A DNA stretch of 64,000 nt, taken from positions 6,572,001 through 6,636,000 of the forward strand of contig CM068757.1 of NCBI GenBank assembly GCA_035084275.1. The letters are read 5' to 3'. The notes beneath the pieces were generated by a model. The model searched no databases and was not told where the DNA came from. It saw only the letters and a list, made by a program, of their open reading frames with translations. This document shows, piece by piece, positions 24,912-37,273 of this stretch. This DNA is from Hydrolagus colliei (taxonomy: Eukaryota). Every line of letters starts with the position of its first letter. Position 1 is the stretch's first letter. Position numbers and translations under genes: made by a program.

Positions 24912-25247
24912 ACAACAACAAAATAACATTTGTATAGCGCCTGTCACGTCGGGACATTTCACGTTGACTGATTTAATAATAATAATAAACCTTTAGGTTA
25001 GAGCACTTGCCTTACAAGCATAAGACCGTTGTTCGAATCCAGGTAGACTAGGGCAAAACCTTGGGCAAGTTTCCTTACTCCACATGCCCAATAATAATCC
25101 ATCCAAAATAAATAGTAAAAATTGAAACAAGCATTATTATTATTATTACAGCGCTTTCCCCGTCTTCTAGATGACTCAAAGCGCTTCACAGAATATACTG
25201 GCAAGAGAATTGACTGTAATATAATAATAATCCTTGCATTTGATACA
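24912..25247. mobile_element. Cluster of nested retroposon fragments
   Basis: (CAA)-type L2 end (24912-24954, minus); minus SINE tail split (24974-24993 and 25147-25218) by an internally deleted plus SINE (24996-25147); another minus tail (25221-25247). Confidence 0.8.
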
Positions 25248-25339
25248 TGATACAGTATACATGTGGACAAAATGATTTCAAATCAGTCCCAAAGAAGTTG
25301 GTTTAGTTCAAAGGAAAAGCACAAGGGTATTTCTCCAAA

Positions 25340-25730
25340 GGCTGAGTTATGAAACACCGCCTGGAATACTGTGATTCATACTAACTAGGAAGGTCCCAGG
25401 TTTGGTCTCTGGTCTGTGCTGAGTTTGCTGATTGACTCTGAGCAATAATCAGTATGTTACAATTGCCCTTTATACTCCTGGGTTACAGGCAAAGAAAACA
25501 AAATCAGCCTGAAATGATATCAGTCCTGACCACTTATCCAATGCTCACTGAAAGACAGCATCTGTGTGGATGTCACTGGTGACAAGAGCAGTCTGGAACC
25601 TGGTGTTGACTCTCAGTATAATAAGGCTTGAAACACTGTTTCACACATGGCCATTAGCATGAGATAACAGGAAAGCTACGTGGGCCTATGGAACAATATC
25701 TCTTTGAGAGGAACTGCCTTAATGTTAAGA
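25340..25730 (+). mobile_element. Near full-length LF-SINE-like element
   Basis: CTAGGAAGGTCCCAGGTTTGGTCTCTGGTCTGTGCTGAGTTTGCTGAT...TACAATTGCCCT...AAAATCAGCC...TGTGTGGATGTC...ATGGCCA...TGGAAC, colinear with the recalled LF-SINE consensus. Confidence 0.7.
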
Positions 25731-26571
25731 AGAAAGAATATTGATGGGTGTGGTTGGAAAAGAAGAGTGCTTATGGTGAGAGCACATCCTTAAGTAGGCT
25801 GGCATCACCCTCTCCAGTTTCTCTGCTACTTGTGACTTGCTTTAAATTAGAATTTCTCTTTTCTGGGGACTTTGTATAGATTAATGTCGAAATCCACGAT
25901 ACAAATTGTGCTGTCCCCTGAGTAGTTGATAGCAAATGCGGTTGACATGACATTAATTGTTGGATCTGCTGTTTCTAGTCACAACTGAGCCAGTAATGCT
26001 TTCACAGCAAGCTGAGTGGAGCCAAAGTATCTGTACCATGAACACAAAATCCTGCATCAGTGCATTCTTACGCGCAAACATTCTAGATCCATTTCAATAT
26101 CAATGCCATGAAAATACCGAGCGTTCACAAATTCCTGTGACACCAATATGTTTTTTTCCTACAGTGCACTGACCAGTAACCGAAACATTTGGAAGAATGA
26201 TGAAAATTATACTTCGAAGTACATAATGGCATTCAGTACAAATGTATAACTGTATTTAGACCAGAGGATCAGTGCGAGTGAGTGTGAGAGGCATCATTTC
26301 CATGGCAGATAATGGGCGATGCCTTCAGTAACGTGAATGGAGTGACGAGGGGAAATTCGTCTCTCATAGTTTGTTTCAGCTCTTCTGTGGTCGCAGACAA
26401 TAAAAATCTCATTGTAAGAAGAAAGTAAAACACATTGGTGGGGGGAGATGGGGGTGGGGTGGGTAATAGGACACCCTCTGCAGTGCACAGGCGAATCTCA
26501 GTACATACAATCGGGCATCATTCAACACAAAAGTGGATCATCCATCCATCTTCAGAGTTCTGCTATCCCTC

Positions 26572-26901
26572 ATAATAATAATAATAATCCTTGCATTTGA
26601 TATAGCGCTTTTCACATTTTATCAACATCTCAAAGCGCTTCACAGAATATACTGTAAAGTGTATTGACTGTATATTTGTGGGCGAAACGTGGCAGCCAAT
26701 GGGGCACAGCAGTGTCCCACAAACAATCGTGGATTGAAATGACCAATTTTATGATTGTGGTTTTTTTTGGGGTGGATTATTATTAGGCGTGTGGAGTAAG
26801 GAAACTTGCCCAAGGTTTCGCCCTGACCTGCCTGGATTCGAACACCGGTCTCACGCTTGTAAGGCGGGTGCTCTAACCACTGAGCTGCAGGAGCTCCACG
26901 T
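26572..26901 (-). mobile_element. Full-length young SINE
   Basis: Intact A box, B box (GTTCGAATCC), many CpGs and (TAT)n tail. Confidence 0.95.
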
Positions 26902-26931
26902 GGAAATGGCACTGACTTGCACTTCGCAAGA

Positions 26932-26990
26932 AACAACAACAACAATCTGCATTTATATAGCTGTCCTGCTGGATGGTGTCTCGAAATGCT
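26932..26990 (-). mobile_element. L2 3' end fragment, (TTG)n tail
   Basis: (AAC)n TCTGCATTTATATAGC. Confidence 0.65.
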
Positions 26991-27629
26991 GTGAGTGAAG
27001 CTCACCGGATGAAGACGCTGAGCAAAGTGCACAAAACAACTCACACTGGTTTCTACCGAGCCGAATGTTTTGTTTTATGATCACCCCATTTGTTCTGGTG
27101 CAATTTAAAACAACTAACACTTGCTCGGTCGTGCGCTTGTTTCTTAAGAGAAGAGAGAAATTGTACACGCTTCGCGTGTTTAAGCTGTCATCCCCTCTGC
27201 TTTTAATGAGGGTGAACGATTTCAGGAAGCACTTCGGTAAATGATTAGAGTTGATCAAGGCACGTATTCTGAAACCGCACGCAGTCCTGAAATTAGAGTT
27301 GAGCAGAGCTCCAGTGTAGCAGTTTTTTGAGTGCATCCATCATGCGAAGGATCAGAAATGTCAAGCTTCCTGCCAAGCACCTTTCCACAGATCTGTTCCA
27401 CTTCAGCAAAGCTTCGGTCTGCAACAGCGTCGCTCAACAGACCCGAACCAGCTGATGGACACAGCAAAAATAAAGGACTTTTCACCTCTTCTTCCATCAG
27501 AGAATCAGATCAGCTTATGAAAAAAAAGCTGAGAGGACAGGCAGGAGGAGCATGAGCAAACAGTTGGCTGTCCAGCCATAGCCAGCTAAACAAGCTGCAT
27601 TTTCATGCCACGGAAGAGAGGGAGTGTCT

Positions 27630-27825
27630 CAATTTCCTTTTCTCTTCCCCTGAAAGCAGTGAGAGGTGTCGCTACACAGGAGTAAACCACAACAGGCACT
27701 GGTCGTCCTCTCAGTTTGTCATGATCGAGTGGCAATTCTTCGAGTGTGAATCTGAACAGTGAGCAGCTGCCCAGTGATGGACATCGGCGCTGGATCTAAC
27801 CTCCCAATACCAACACATGTATACT
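27630..27825 (-). mobile_element. LF-SINE-like 3' half
   Basis: AATTTCCTTTTCTCTTCCCCTGAAAGCAGTGA...GAGTGGCAATTCTTCGAGTGTGAATCTGAACAGTGAG. Confidence 0.55.
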
Positions 27826-27910
27826 TTCATCCGCAAGATTGTTATTATTATCCTAGCTCTGCACATTCAGCGTCGAATTCACTGACGGAGATGTTTATCT
27901 GGATCACAAA

Positions 27911-28234
27911 GAAATCCTGTAGCTTAGTGGTTAGAGCACTCGCCTTACAAGCGTGAGACCTATGTTTCGAATCCAGGCAGGTCAGGGCGAAACCTTGGGC
28001 AAGTTTCCTTACTCCACACACCTAATAATAATCCGTCCCCAAAAACTTATAATAAAATGGTCATTTCAATCCATACTGTTTGTGGGACGACACTGTTGTG
28101 CGCAATTGGCTGCCGCGTTTCGCCCACAAATACAGTCAATTCACTTTACAGTATATTCTGTGAAGTGCTTTGAGACGGCTGGAAGACGTGCAAAGCACTC
28201 TATCAAATTGAAGGATTGTGATTATTATTATTAT
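27911..28234 (+). mobile_element. Full-length young SINE
   Basis: CCTGTAGCTTAGTGGTTAGAGCACTCGCCTTACAAGCGTGAGACC...TTCGAATCC...ATTATTATTAT. Confidence 0.95.
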
Positions 28235-28324
28235 GTGGAATTTGCCACGCTCCAAATTAACACAGCTCTGATCAGTCACACAAAAAAAATAGCCACTGCT
28301 GAAGTGGGGACAAGTTGGTTGAAA

Positions 28325-28392
28325 AACAACAACAACAACAACATGCATTCATACAGCTCCCCTCACTCAGGGTAGAGTCTCAGAGTGCCTCA
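28325..28392 (-). mobile_element. L2 3' end fragment, (TTG)n tail
   Basis: (AAC)n ATGCATTCATACAGCTCCCCTCAC...GTCTCAGAGTGC. Confidence 0.6.
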
Positions 28393-29440
28393 GTTAACCT
28401 GGTCTAGAATGGAATAGTTTATGGTAACATGTTCTTCTGATCAGCAGCTTGTGTTCACCCAACCAAGACAAGCCCATCTGAGTGGCAAAAAGCCCTGGGC
28501 TTGAACTATGACTTGAGCTACCAGGCAGCACAAGTGTGATGATTTGGACAACAGTTCGGTCTGGCCTAAAGGGCAATATTTTAATACATTCGGAATCGAG
28601 GTTATTTAAGATAGCTGATTATCTGAAACTCTGGTAACCACAGGAGCACCTACTGGTAAATGGCTATCATTACACGCAAGATCAAGTTGTGTGTTCATTT
28701 GGAAAGGGTCAAGTTTAACCCTTTCTTAACGTATCCGTTTTGGTCACACTTGTACTTTTAATGGGGGGGGTATCACCGGGCACCAGCCACCACAAAGCAT
28801 ACATAATTAGGAAGCGCAATGGCTTAAGAATCACACACACATACAAGGTCAGTGGACCAAGGATGGATGCTGTGCCAATCCTAGTTGCAAGGGACACTAC
28901 TTTTAGTATTAGCTGCTAGTTAAATGTAACAGTCAGCGAGCATCATTAGAAAAAGCCTGCAGATATCACAGTTAATGTTCCAAAATGTTTAATTGAATGG
29001 CTGTGCGTTGATATGAGGGGTCGTTACGGGCTTGATTTAGAATCCGGACACATAAATTAGATGAAAAAAGTTATATACACTGTATAAAGAAATGCACTCA
29101 TTACACAATGATATGCAGCATATTGCAAATACAGATCTCGTAAAACACAAAACTATAATCAAATTTTTGCAATTTACATACACAACTTATCTCTAACTGC
29201 ACACACGCAGCACCTATCAGTGTTTGAAAAACCTCAAATGGTGTAATCCCAAATGATGTACAATTTCTTGTGTCATACAAAAGTCAGTGTTTTGTAATAT
29301 CCAATTTGAACCTCTCCATGTTGATTCATTAATTGTAACATAATCACTTCTCCAAATTTGGAACCAGAATGATTTAGGACAAACAGCATATTAATTTCAC
29401 AGCTGGTCTGAGCACACAGAAAACAGATTTCTGACATTAT

Positions 29441-29775
29441 TAATAATAATAATCATTGCATTTGATATGGCATTCATCATGTTGTCGTAACATCTCAAAG
29501 TGCTTCACAAAACAGCAACCGCTGCAACAAACAACAAAATTACATTGGTAGAGTATAGGGAGGATATAAAGAGAGGCTGCAAAACTGTAAAGTGTAGTAG
29601 TGACTGTATTTTTGACAGCAAATGGGCAGCCAATTTTGCATAAAGCAATGTCCCACAAACAGCCGTGATGTAAATGATCAATTTTATCTGGGGGAATTGT
29701 TGACCAAGACTTCAGGAGAACCTCCCCTCTCCTTTTAAATAGGATCTTTAACATCCACATGAACAGGCAAACAGA
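29441..29775 (-). mobile_element. DeuSINE-like element with nested (CAA)-tail fragment (~29513-29580)
   Basis: L2 tail, GCAGCCAATTTTGCA...CCCACAAACAGC, and Deu core GGATCTTTAACATCCAC. Confidence 0.7.
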
Positions 29776-32700
29776 ACTTGTGACTTGGTGCATGGCAGAA
29801 TGGGGATAGAGTAGAATGAAAGCAGCCGACATAACTGAGCAGTGGAGAGGTAGAGCAGGAGCTTCTGTTGGCTTCCCAAATTTTGAATCCGAGAACAGTG
29901 GAAAACAGAACACGCAGTACTGTATAAGCACAAGCTGTTTTACTACGTTTTATAATCATTCATTTGTTTTTCCTCAAATCGACTCGCAGGACAAAATACC
30001 TCCACAATCGCTTGCACGGTACTTGTGCATAACACTGTTCCTCATTCACTGACATTAAAGCAACATAACAGAGTTGGGGCTGAATTGAGAAGTGCTCAAA
30101 GGACAGATTACTGGGTAACCTTTTCAATGTGAAGCTGCTTCAGCTGAAATAGCTTAACGCAATAATACGACCAGCTCAGTCGCACAGTAAAAGTAGGCGC
30201 ACTTAAAAATAATCAGTGAGCAATGCTCGCATCAGCTCTTACAGACATTACAACACAGTCACCTGGACAGTGATCTATCCTGTACTTCAAATGTATTTGC
30301 TGGTAGTTTGGGTAAAACTCCAAAAGTTCAGCCTCATCATAGCATACAATCTTTGTTAAATGAAACAAGTGATGCCCGGCATCGCTGCCCAAGTGGGATC
30401 CAGGATGAGGCCTGATCGTATCACAACCCTGAGTGACTCTCAAGCTCACCAGCTGTCAGTGGGCAGGTTTTGCCAGATGTCACCCAAGCCACTGCATAAA
30501 GCTTTACGCAGCACGAAAGCTCTGTCGGGGGAGGGGGACCAAGGACAGAGAAACTAGTCCTTTAAAAATCATGATGGCATCAAGCAAAATTCTCCACTGA
30601 GTAATATTCAGCTTACGTAACAAAACACATCAGACTCCGAAAGGGAGTAACCTGATGTCAGTATTCTCAATTGTGTCTTTCTGCCAATAATGTTATACAA
30701 GGACCCACAGAGCAGAATTGAAGACCGACGCTGTGGTGATTTATGTTTAAGGAAATGCACCGACCGAGCTCTCAAAACACTTGTCTTGCAATTTTTTGAT
30801 GCAGGTTTGAACCATCAAAATAAACCGTTTGCTACTCGTGATACAGTTAATAAAGACTTGTTGCTTCTTATTAAATTCGAGATAATTGCAAACATTAGCT
30901 GCCCAAATTAAAAGCAAAATAGCAATCTAAGCAATTGATCGGTTCCAAAATAGCCTGTTAATAGAGGTGCCGAGTGGAAAAGAACTAGTCCCATTGATCA
31001 GATGGCGCTCAAGCAATATCTATGGTATGGATTTAATATGCTGAGAACTGATGAATAACTAATAAAATATACCTTGTAAAATAAATATCCTCCCCATCAA
31101 CACCCCTAATGGCTGGAATCATTTGCAGTATTCTTTCAAATGGTCCAGTGCAATATAAAGTGCAAGGATTATTAATACCACAACCTTTGGTATAAAGATG
31201 GAGTGTGCAGGATGTAACTTTCTCAAATTATCTTGCTGCCGACAAATATTAGTCCAATAATTTTTAACCGGTTGCAAAAAAAAAGCATTAAGAGGGAAGG
31301 AGCACATTCAATAAACAGGTTCAATGACTGTACTTGAAAAACTGTTTGTATAGTAACTATATTCATAGAAAATGGAAGAGGAGGGAAGTGAATGAAAATA
31401 AGAGGGTTCGAAGTAAAAGAAAACTAAGATTTTGTTAATATCCAAATTGCAAACTATGACTCACAAGCCATTCACCAAACATTTTTTTCAACAAAAACTA
31501 AAATATCAAATACATGTAGGCATGCCACATTCATTCTATACTGATTTATTGAAACCTTTATGCAAATTATCAAGACTACATTACCAAGGAACTCTCGGTT
31601 TTAATTCCGCACTGATTAGTTTAATGGTAAAAACTATTATTACAATCATCCCAAAAGAAAACAATGCACATTTCATATTCATCAGTCTTCAGAAATCTGC
31701 AGTAAACTGAAGCTCCATTATTATCTTTCCTTACTGTAGCGCAAACAGCTCATAGATATCGAAGACACCTAACCACTTCCAATTAATTTCTACATAATCT
31801 ATCCTCATTAATGTCAAAAGAGACCCATTTCAATGTCATTTGTTAAAGATACATCTATTGGCTGCATCAGTTCAGCTTGAACGTAGGTTCACAATGGTTC
31901 ACAAAACAATTCTAGGACAAAGCACCTATGTACTTTATAATTAACCCGGCTGACTGTTGCCCTGTCAGGCAGAATGGGAAGGTGGACAACTAACGTTGAT
32001 GAAAATAACCACTAACAGCCTAAGTCTATGCCAACAGTTAGTTGATCCCAGATGGAGGTTGAATGGAAGACTTTACGGGAAGCCTTACACAGCACTGAGG
32101 AATCCTTATTGTAGAAGGTTTTTATAAATAAACTTTTATCACAATATACTTTTGAACCAGAATATTTGAAGCAGAATGGAAGAGCAAGTATGAATTGAAT
32201 CATGGACCAGTTGGTTTACAGATATTAATGCCCATTCATTGTCATGCAGTATTGGTGCTCAGAAGCAATTTCATAATCCTATGAACACAACGTTGTATTA
32301 TATGCACCGCACTCCGAAATAGGTAATATTGGATCCTAAACTACTCTGCTCAGAATTATTCAAAAATAACCAAAATTGCTGTATCCAACAGTTAAGTGCA
32401 AAGTTACAAAGCCATCGAGGTATTATTTCTGATAAAGCCCACTTGACATCACGTATTTGGTTGATGAATTATTCCTAATAACAAGAGCAGCAGGGCATTT
32501 TGTGAAGATATTTCAAGGCACCATCACGATGAACAAGATATTTGTCAATCCTTTTTTTCGTAGAGGAGATAGAACAATCAAGAGAGCATACATCATCCTG
32601 TCACACACAACAAACATTGTCATAAGCTGTGTTGGGCAAGTTTAAGTCACTACAGTGAATATGAAGCATCTTCTATTAAGTGGAGTGAATCTTGCTTTGT

Positions 32701-34246
32701 GCATATATAGCAGGATATCTTTCTGAAAGCACCAACATCAACACAAATTTATACATTTACCAAACAATAGATAGGTAACAGGGCTCACCCAATCATCCAT
32801 ATCATAAGTTTGCTAACCAAGCTTGCACATTTAGCCTAAAAAGGTTTTCGAGCATCCATGCAGAGGAATGAATCGAAATAAAGGATCGAATAAATTGTCA
32901 CCAATTTGATTTTCAGTAAAAGAATAATTTATCAGAATTGTTTGAAACATAATTCATAGCTACTTCATGTATACTAACAAGTACAGGATAAGTTTGGTGC
33001 ATCCATGAAGAAAGATTTAATCAATTTTCCACCTCAAGCAACTGTGCTACTGTATTGATTATTTTATACTGCGCTTTTGGAAATGTAACTGAATAACAAG
33101 CAAGGCACACACCGAGTTATACAACACAAAAGCAGCGTGCAATTGTCGATGTAAAATTGTGCTTTTGTTTTAAGAAATTACCACAAAGCAGCAATTTCCA
33201 ATTAAGAGACCAGTTTTGTAACATGGCAATAGTATCAGTCTATCTAACGCTTATTATTTCCGTTTCCCAGTGACTAGCAGAACTGTGTTTCTCTAATATT
33301 TTGTCTGCCACAGTGTTTAAAGAACTTGCATATATTAAGTTAAATGTTTATAGCTTTGAGCCCCACAGTACATTGCTAAAAATATTGGAAATGCATCAGT
33401 TGATGTCCATGCTTGTTCCGGAAATTAAGCTGTATTTACCTGTATTTTACTTAATTTTCTTTAGGAATTCAATATTTTGCCATAAAATACTAATTCCAAC
33501 ACAAAATAACAACTCTTTCCACCATAGCTTCCTGAATACTCAACAGAAGCTTGTTTAATTAGTTCCAACCAGTCAATTCAATCAAGAGACACAGTGGTGT
33601 AGAAATCTTGGGGGAACATCTCAAATTCTCATTACCACCTCAACCTATCGTGGTCAATTTTCTACTGCAGGAAGACCATTGTGATAGTAATAGTAATGAG
33701 TTCGGGATAGTTTGGACGCCTAGACTTAGGCCAAGTCTACAATTCAGAATGTCTGACCACTGAGGAAAACAGCCCAGGGGTATTATGCAATTACTTCAGG
33801 GCTAGTGAGCTCCCTGATCCATATGTCATATCTAGGAGAATCAATGAAACATTCTCTGGTTTGGATGGCGCCATAAAAATGTGAAGAGCGAAATGCACGT
33901 GGGCAGTGTAAGCTCTCTGATCATGTATGACATAAATTCACCCTTATACTGCGTTAACTCTTCAAGGGCTAAAGCAAACCAGTTCAACAACCTCTGGAAC
34001 ACCCACAGTAATCATCAAACACTCATACAGATGTCACTATGATTGGCATGGCACTGAGTTAATAAATATACATACAGTCATTTCATATTTGAGATTAACA
34101 TACAGTGCTTCGAGCATTTATGTTATAAATCTTGGTATCAAATCAATAGTTGTCGGGGAGATGAACAACTGCAAACATTGCAATTTAACCATAATGTTAT
34201 TGTTTTGTGTTTTTAAAAAAAGCAAATGGTCAGGTAGTATTATATT

Positions 34247-34378
34247 AATAATAATAATCCTTGCATTTGATACAGCGCTTTTTACATCTTATCGACGTCT
34301 CAAAGCACTTCACAGAATATACTGTAAAGTGAACTGACTGTATATTTGTGGGCGAAACGCGACAGCCAATTGCACACA
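34247..34378 (-). mobile_element. SINE 3' half
   Basis: Near-consensus tail. Confidence 0.9.
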
Positions 34379-34390
34379 CACAGGAGGATG

Positions 34391-34452
34391 ATTGATGGTT
34401 AAGAAGACACTAAGACTCAGTGACATTGAGGTTAAGAAGACTCTAAGACTCA
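34391..34452. repeat. Two-copy tandem duplication, period ~34 bp
   Basis: ATTGATGGTTAAGAAGACACTAAGACTCA / ATTGA-GGTTAAGAAGACTCTAAGACTCA. Confidence 0.9.
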
Positions 34453-35802
34453 AACCAAAAAAGTGACATTTTGAGAAGGTTTTGGGGTTTGAAGATCCTC
34501 CCCAAACCATTTCTAGAGTGATCATGTCTATTTAATGAATCAATTACGCTTGTCCAAATACCATCTTTAATTTTCAAAACCTTCACTTCAGCAACTAAGC
34601 TCGTTGAGTCGGGTTTCGAATACAAATTGTTAGGTCAGGCTTCTGTGAACTTCTTTACTCATTTACATCTCTTCCTCAAAAGCATTTGTTATCATTGAAT
34701 ATGTTCATGGTTGCATCCCTACCATCATATTACAAAGAGAGACTGCTAACACTGCTTCTGAGCAGCAATGACTGCTGTGTCCCACATGATTAATCCCCCA
34801 ACATGAACAGCTTTCTGCTTATCACCTCAATTTCCATTCCCCCTGATTTCTATAGATTGCAAGTTATTATCTACCCAGAGTCAGATGGCTACCTTTGTGA
34901 AGATCTTAGCTACTAATACATTAACCTTACACACAGAGATTAAAAGAAGCCATGCTGTATTTAAAAGATAAACACATCAAAAAAGAGAGACACTCGGCGA
35001 TTAAAGTGATGTGATACTTTATTGCTTCCTATTACAGCATATACACGGGGATGTCAGAACTGTAAAGTGTGATCAGGCAGGAAAAAATGCATTTTGAACA
35101 ACTGTTTCAGTATTAGCCAGTGATTTAAGCAACCAAGAGAAACAAGTGATATTATTTCAAATAAGATGCGAAGCATTCTGCCAGCTCAGTGTACTATAAA
35201 ACAGCAGGTTTTGCTGCAACCCCTGCCACTTCAGCTCTTCCTCCTTAAAACCCATAACGCGCTTTGCTCTGTGAGATGAACATTTGAAGATTAATCCTCA
35301 AATGTCACTTCATTCATCTTGCAGTTCTTCCTCCCCACCACCTGCACGGCCCCACCACCCGCCCCCACCCTCAAAAAAAATCCACACAACCAATTTAAAC
35401 TAAAAAAAATTTGCTGGTTACAGGTTAAATATGATGACACAAATCAAAGCGAATGGAAGACAGAAATTTAATCTTGGGGTTCAGGCAAATCGTCGTAGAT
35501 TTATCAATACCTTAACTTGATTACTGCCTTATAATATGATCGTGCTGTTTTCAGGCAATCAGTTGTCCATTATCATTGGCAGCAGTTGCATCACACTCAA
35601 TGTTCCTTCAGTGTGGAGGTCATCACACATCAGCAACACAGAGTGCCAGCCAGTATCCACAATGACAGCTGCCGTCAGGAAAATCACAGAAACGACCAAA
35701 CTCAGAGTAAAATCATCTCCAAAAATATGTTAAAGGGTTGGCCTGGGTGACTGACTTACTTATAAAACATGTGTTTCTGAGATATTATAAAGGCTGCACA
35801 TT

Positions 35803-35849
35803 CATTTATAGAGCGCCTTTCACGTCGGGAGGATGTCCCGATGTGAAAG
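35803..35849 (-). mobile_element. L2 3' end with fold-back palindrome
   Basis: CATTTATAGAGCGCCTTTCACGTCGGGA-GGATG-TCCCGATGTGAAAG. Confidence 0.75.
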
Positions 35850-36179
35850 ACTCAGATGGTGGTTATGAACTATGAGTTCAATGTCCACCCCTCCCTCACA
35901 ATGAGATTACTGCCTTGCAGTCACCCTTTAGGTAGCAATCATTCTGGATGGAATTCACTTGGAAATACCCAAGTATTTGTTGTTTGGTTTCCAAGCAATT
36001 TGTATTATCTTTTCGAGAGCAGAAAGAAGGATACACAGGAGAAATAGGATAGGAAAGCGTGCAAAAATAATTCAAGAAAACCTAACTGCATTGAAACATG
36101 TTCTGGCAAAGTTTCACTAATATCTTTCTTGGTTTCCACGGAACTTATGTGGTATCAGCAAATAATATCAACCACAGCA

Positions 36180-36226
36180 CATTACATCTGTATAGCGCCT
36201 TTCACGTCAGGAGGACGTCCCAAGGT
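36180..36226 (-). mobile_element. L2 3' end fragment
   Basis: TATAGCGCCTTTCACGTCAGGAGGACGTCCCAAGG. Confidence 0.75.
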
Positions 36227-36851
36227 GTAGGGACACTTTGAATATCAGGAAAATATTCGCTGCAGCAAATATTCCAGAGAAAGCTATTGAATTTGACAGT
36301 CAAATACCCCCAGAATCTATATCCTGGAGATTTAGAGTGTAGGGTTAACAGTTTCTAGATTGGTAGTGTAAATTGATTTATACAGTACACCGAGCAAAGA
36401 AAAGTCCTAAATCACAATAGGATTATAAACGGTTGCACCTTTCCCTTTGTTTCTGAGCATTACTAATAAGGGAAATATATAACATTTGTTTCCATTTAAG
36501 CTTTTACGTTTTCAGAAGCCGCTTTTCCTGCTCTGCCTTTTGTACCATTGGAAGCAGTGGAAGCACCTGCTTACTGACCAGTCATCAATCAGTGCAAGTT
36601 ACTCTACCCTGCATCCCCTTCAACGCCTCAGTAAAACACGATTAGGGGGTACGATAAAGCATTTTACAAGTGCAGCTTTGATTTAGAAAACACTGATAGC
36701 CATAAATCTGCCCTAGTGTGTAAGGATCAGAACATATTAACCCATTGTTTCAGAGTTTTCAGAGTTCTAATACTCCATTTTTGTTCCTATGAAAAAATAG
36801 AACAGCTTAAAACAAAATCATGTGGTACGAGAATGGTCTCCATCAACAGCA

Positions 36852-36905
36852 AACAACAACAAAATTACATTTATAGAGTGCCTTTCACGTTGGTAGGATG
36901 TCCCT
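36852..36905 (-). mobile_element. L2 3' end fragment
   Basis: (CAA)n AATTACATTTATAGAGTGCCTTTCACGTTGGTAGGATGTCCC. Confidence 0.75.
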
Positions 36906-37212
36906 TCATCTAAAAAGCTAAATCATGCAGCTGCAACTATATATTATCCAGATTGCTACTGCAGATATTTTACTAGAGGTCAAAGAAGTTGATGACAATT
37001 CATTATTTTTTATCCCACAAAAGATACAGAAGAGGCTCTTCCTGACGTCCTTAATGTCAGTTTCCATATTCGGCTACTCTTTGTCCTTTACAAAGCCCTG
37101 TAGATATTTATCTTGAATCATCACGAATGGAGAGGGGAATGGGGGGAGTGGGGGGGAACTCCTTTTGTTCAGGAAAGAAATGGCAGGGAAGAATCTTAAT
37201 GGAAAGGAAAAC

Positions 37213-37273
37213 ATAATAATAATCCTTCATGGTGTGAAAGGCACTGTACGAATGTAATTTTGTCGTTGTTGTT
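37213..37273. mobile_element. Fused short tails: TAT-type (minus) and TTG-type (plus)
   Basis: ATAATAATAATCCTT joined to GTGAAAGGCACTGTACGAATGTAATTTTGTCGTTGTTG. Confidence 0.6.

Noticed and set aside
31700-32700. Possible ancient L1/Tx1 remnant
   Set aside because: Only vague motif resemblance with many stop codons; not supportable by eye.
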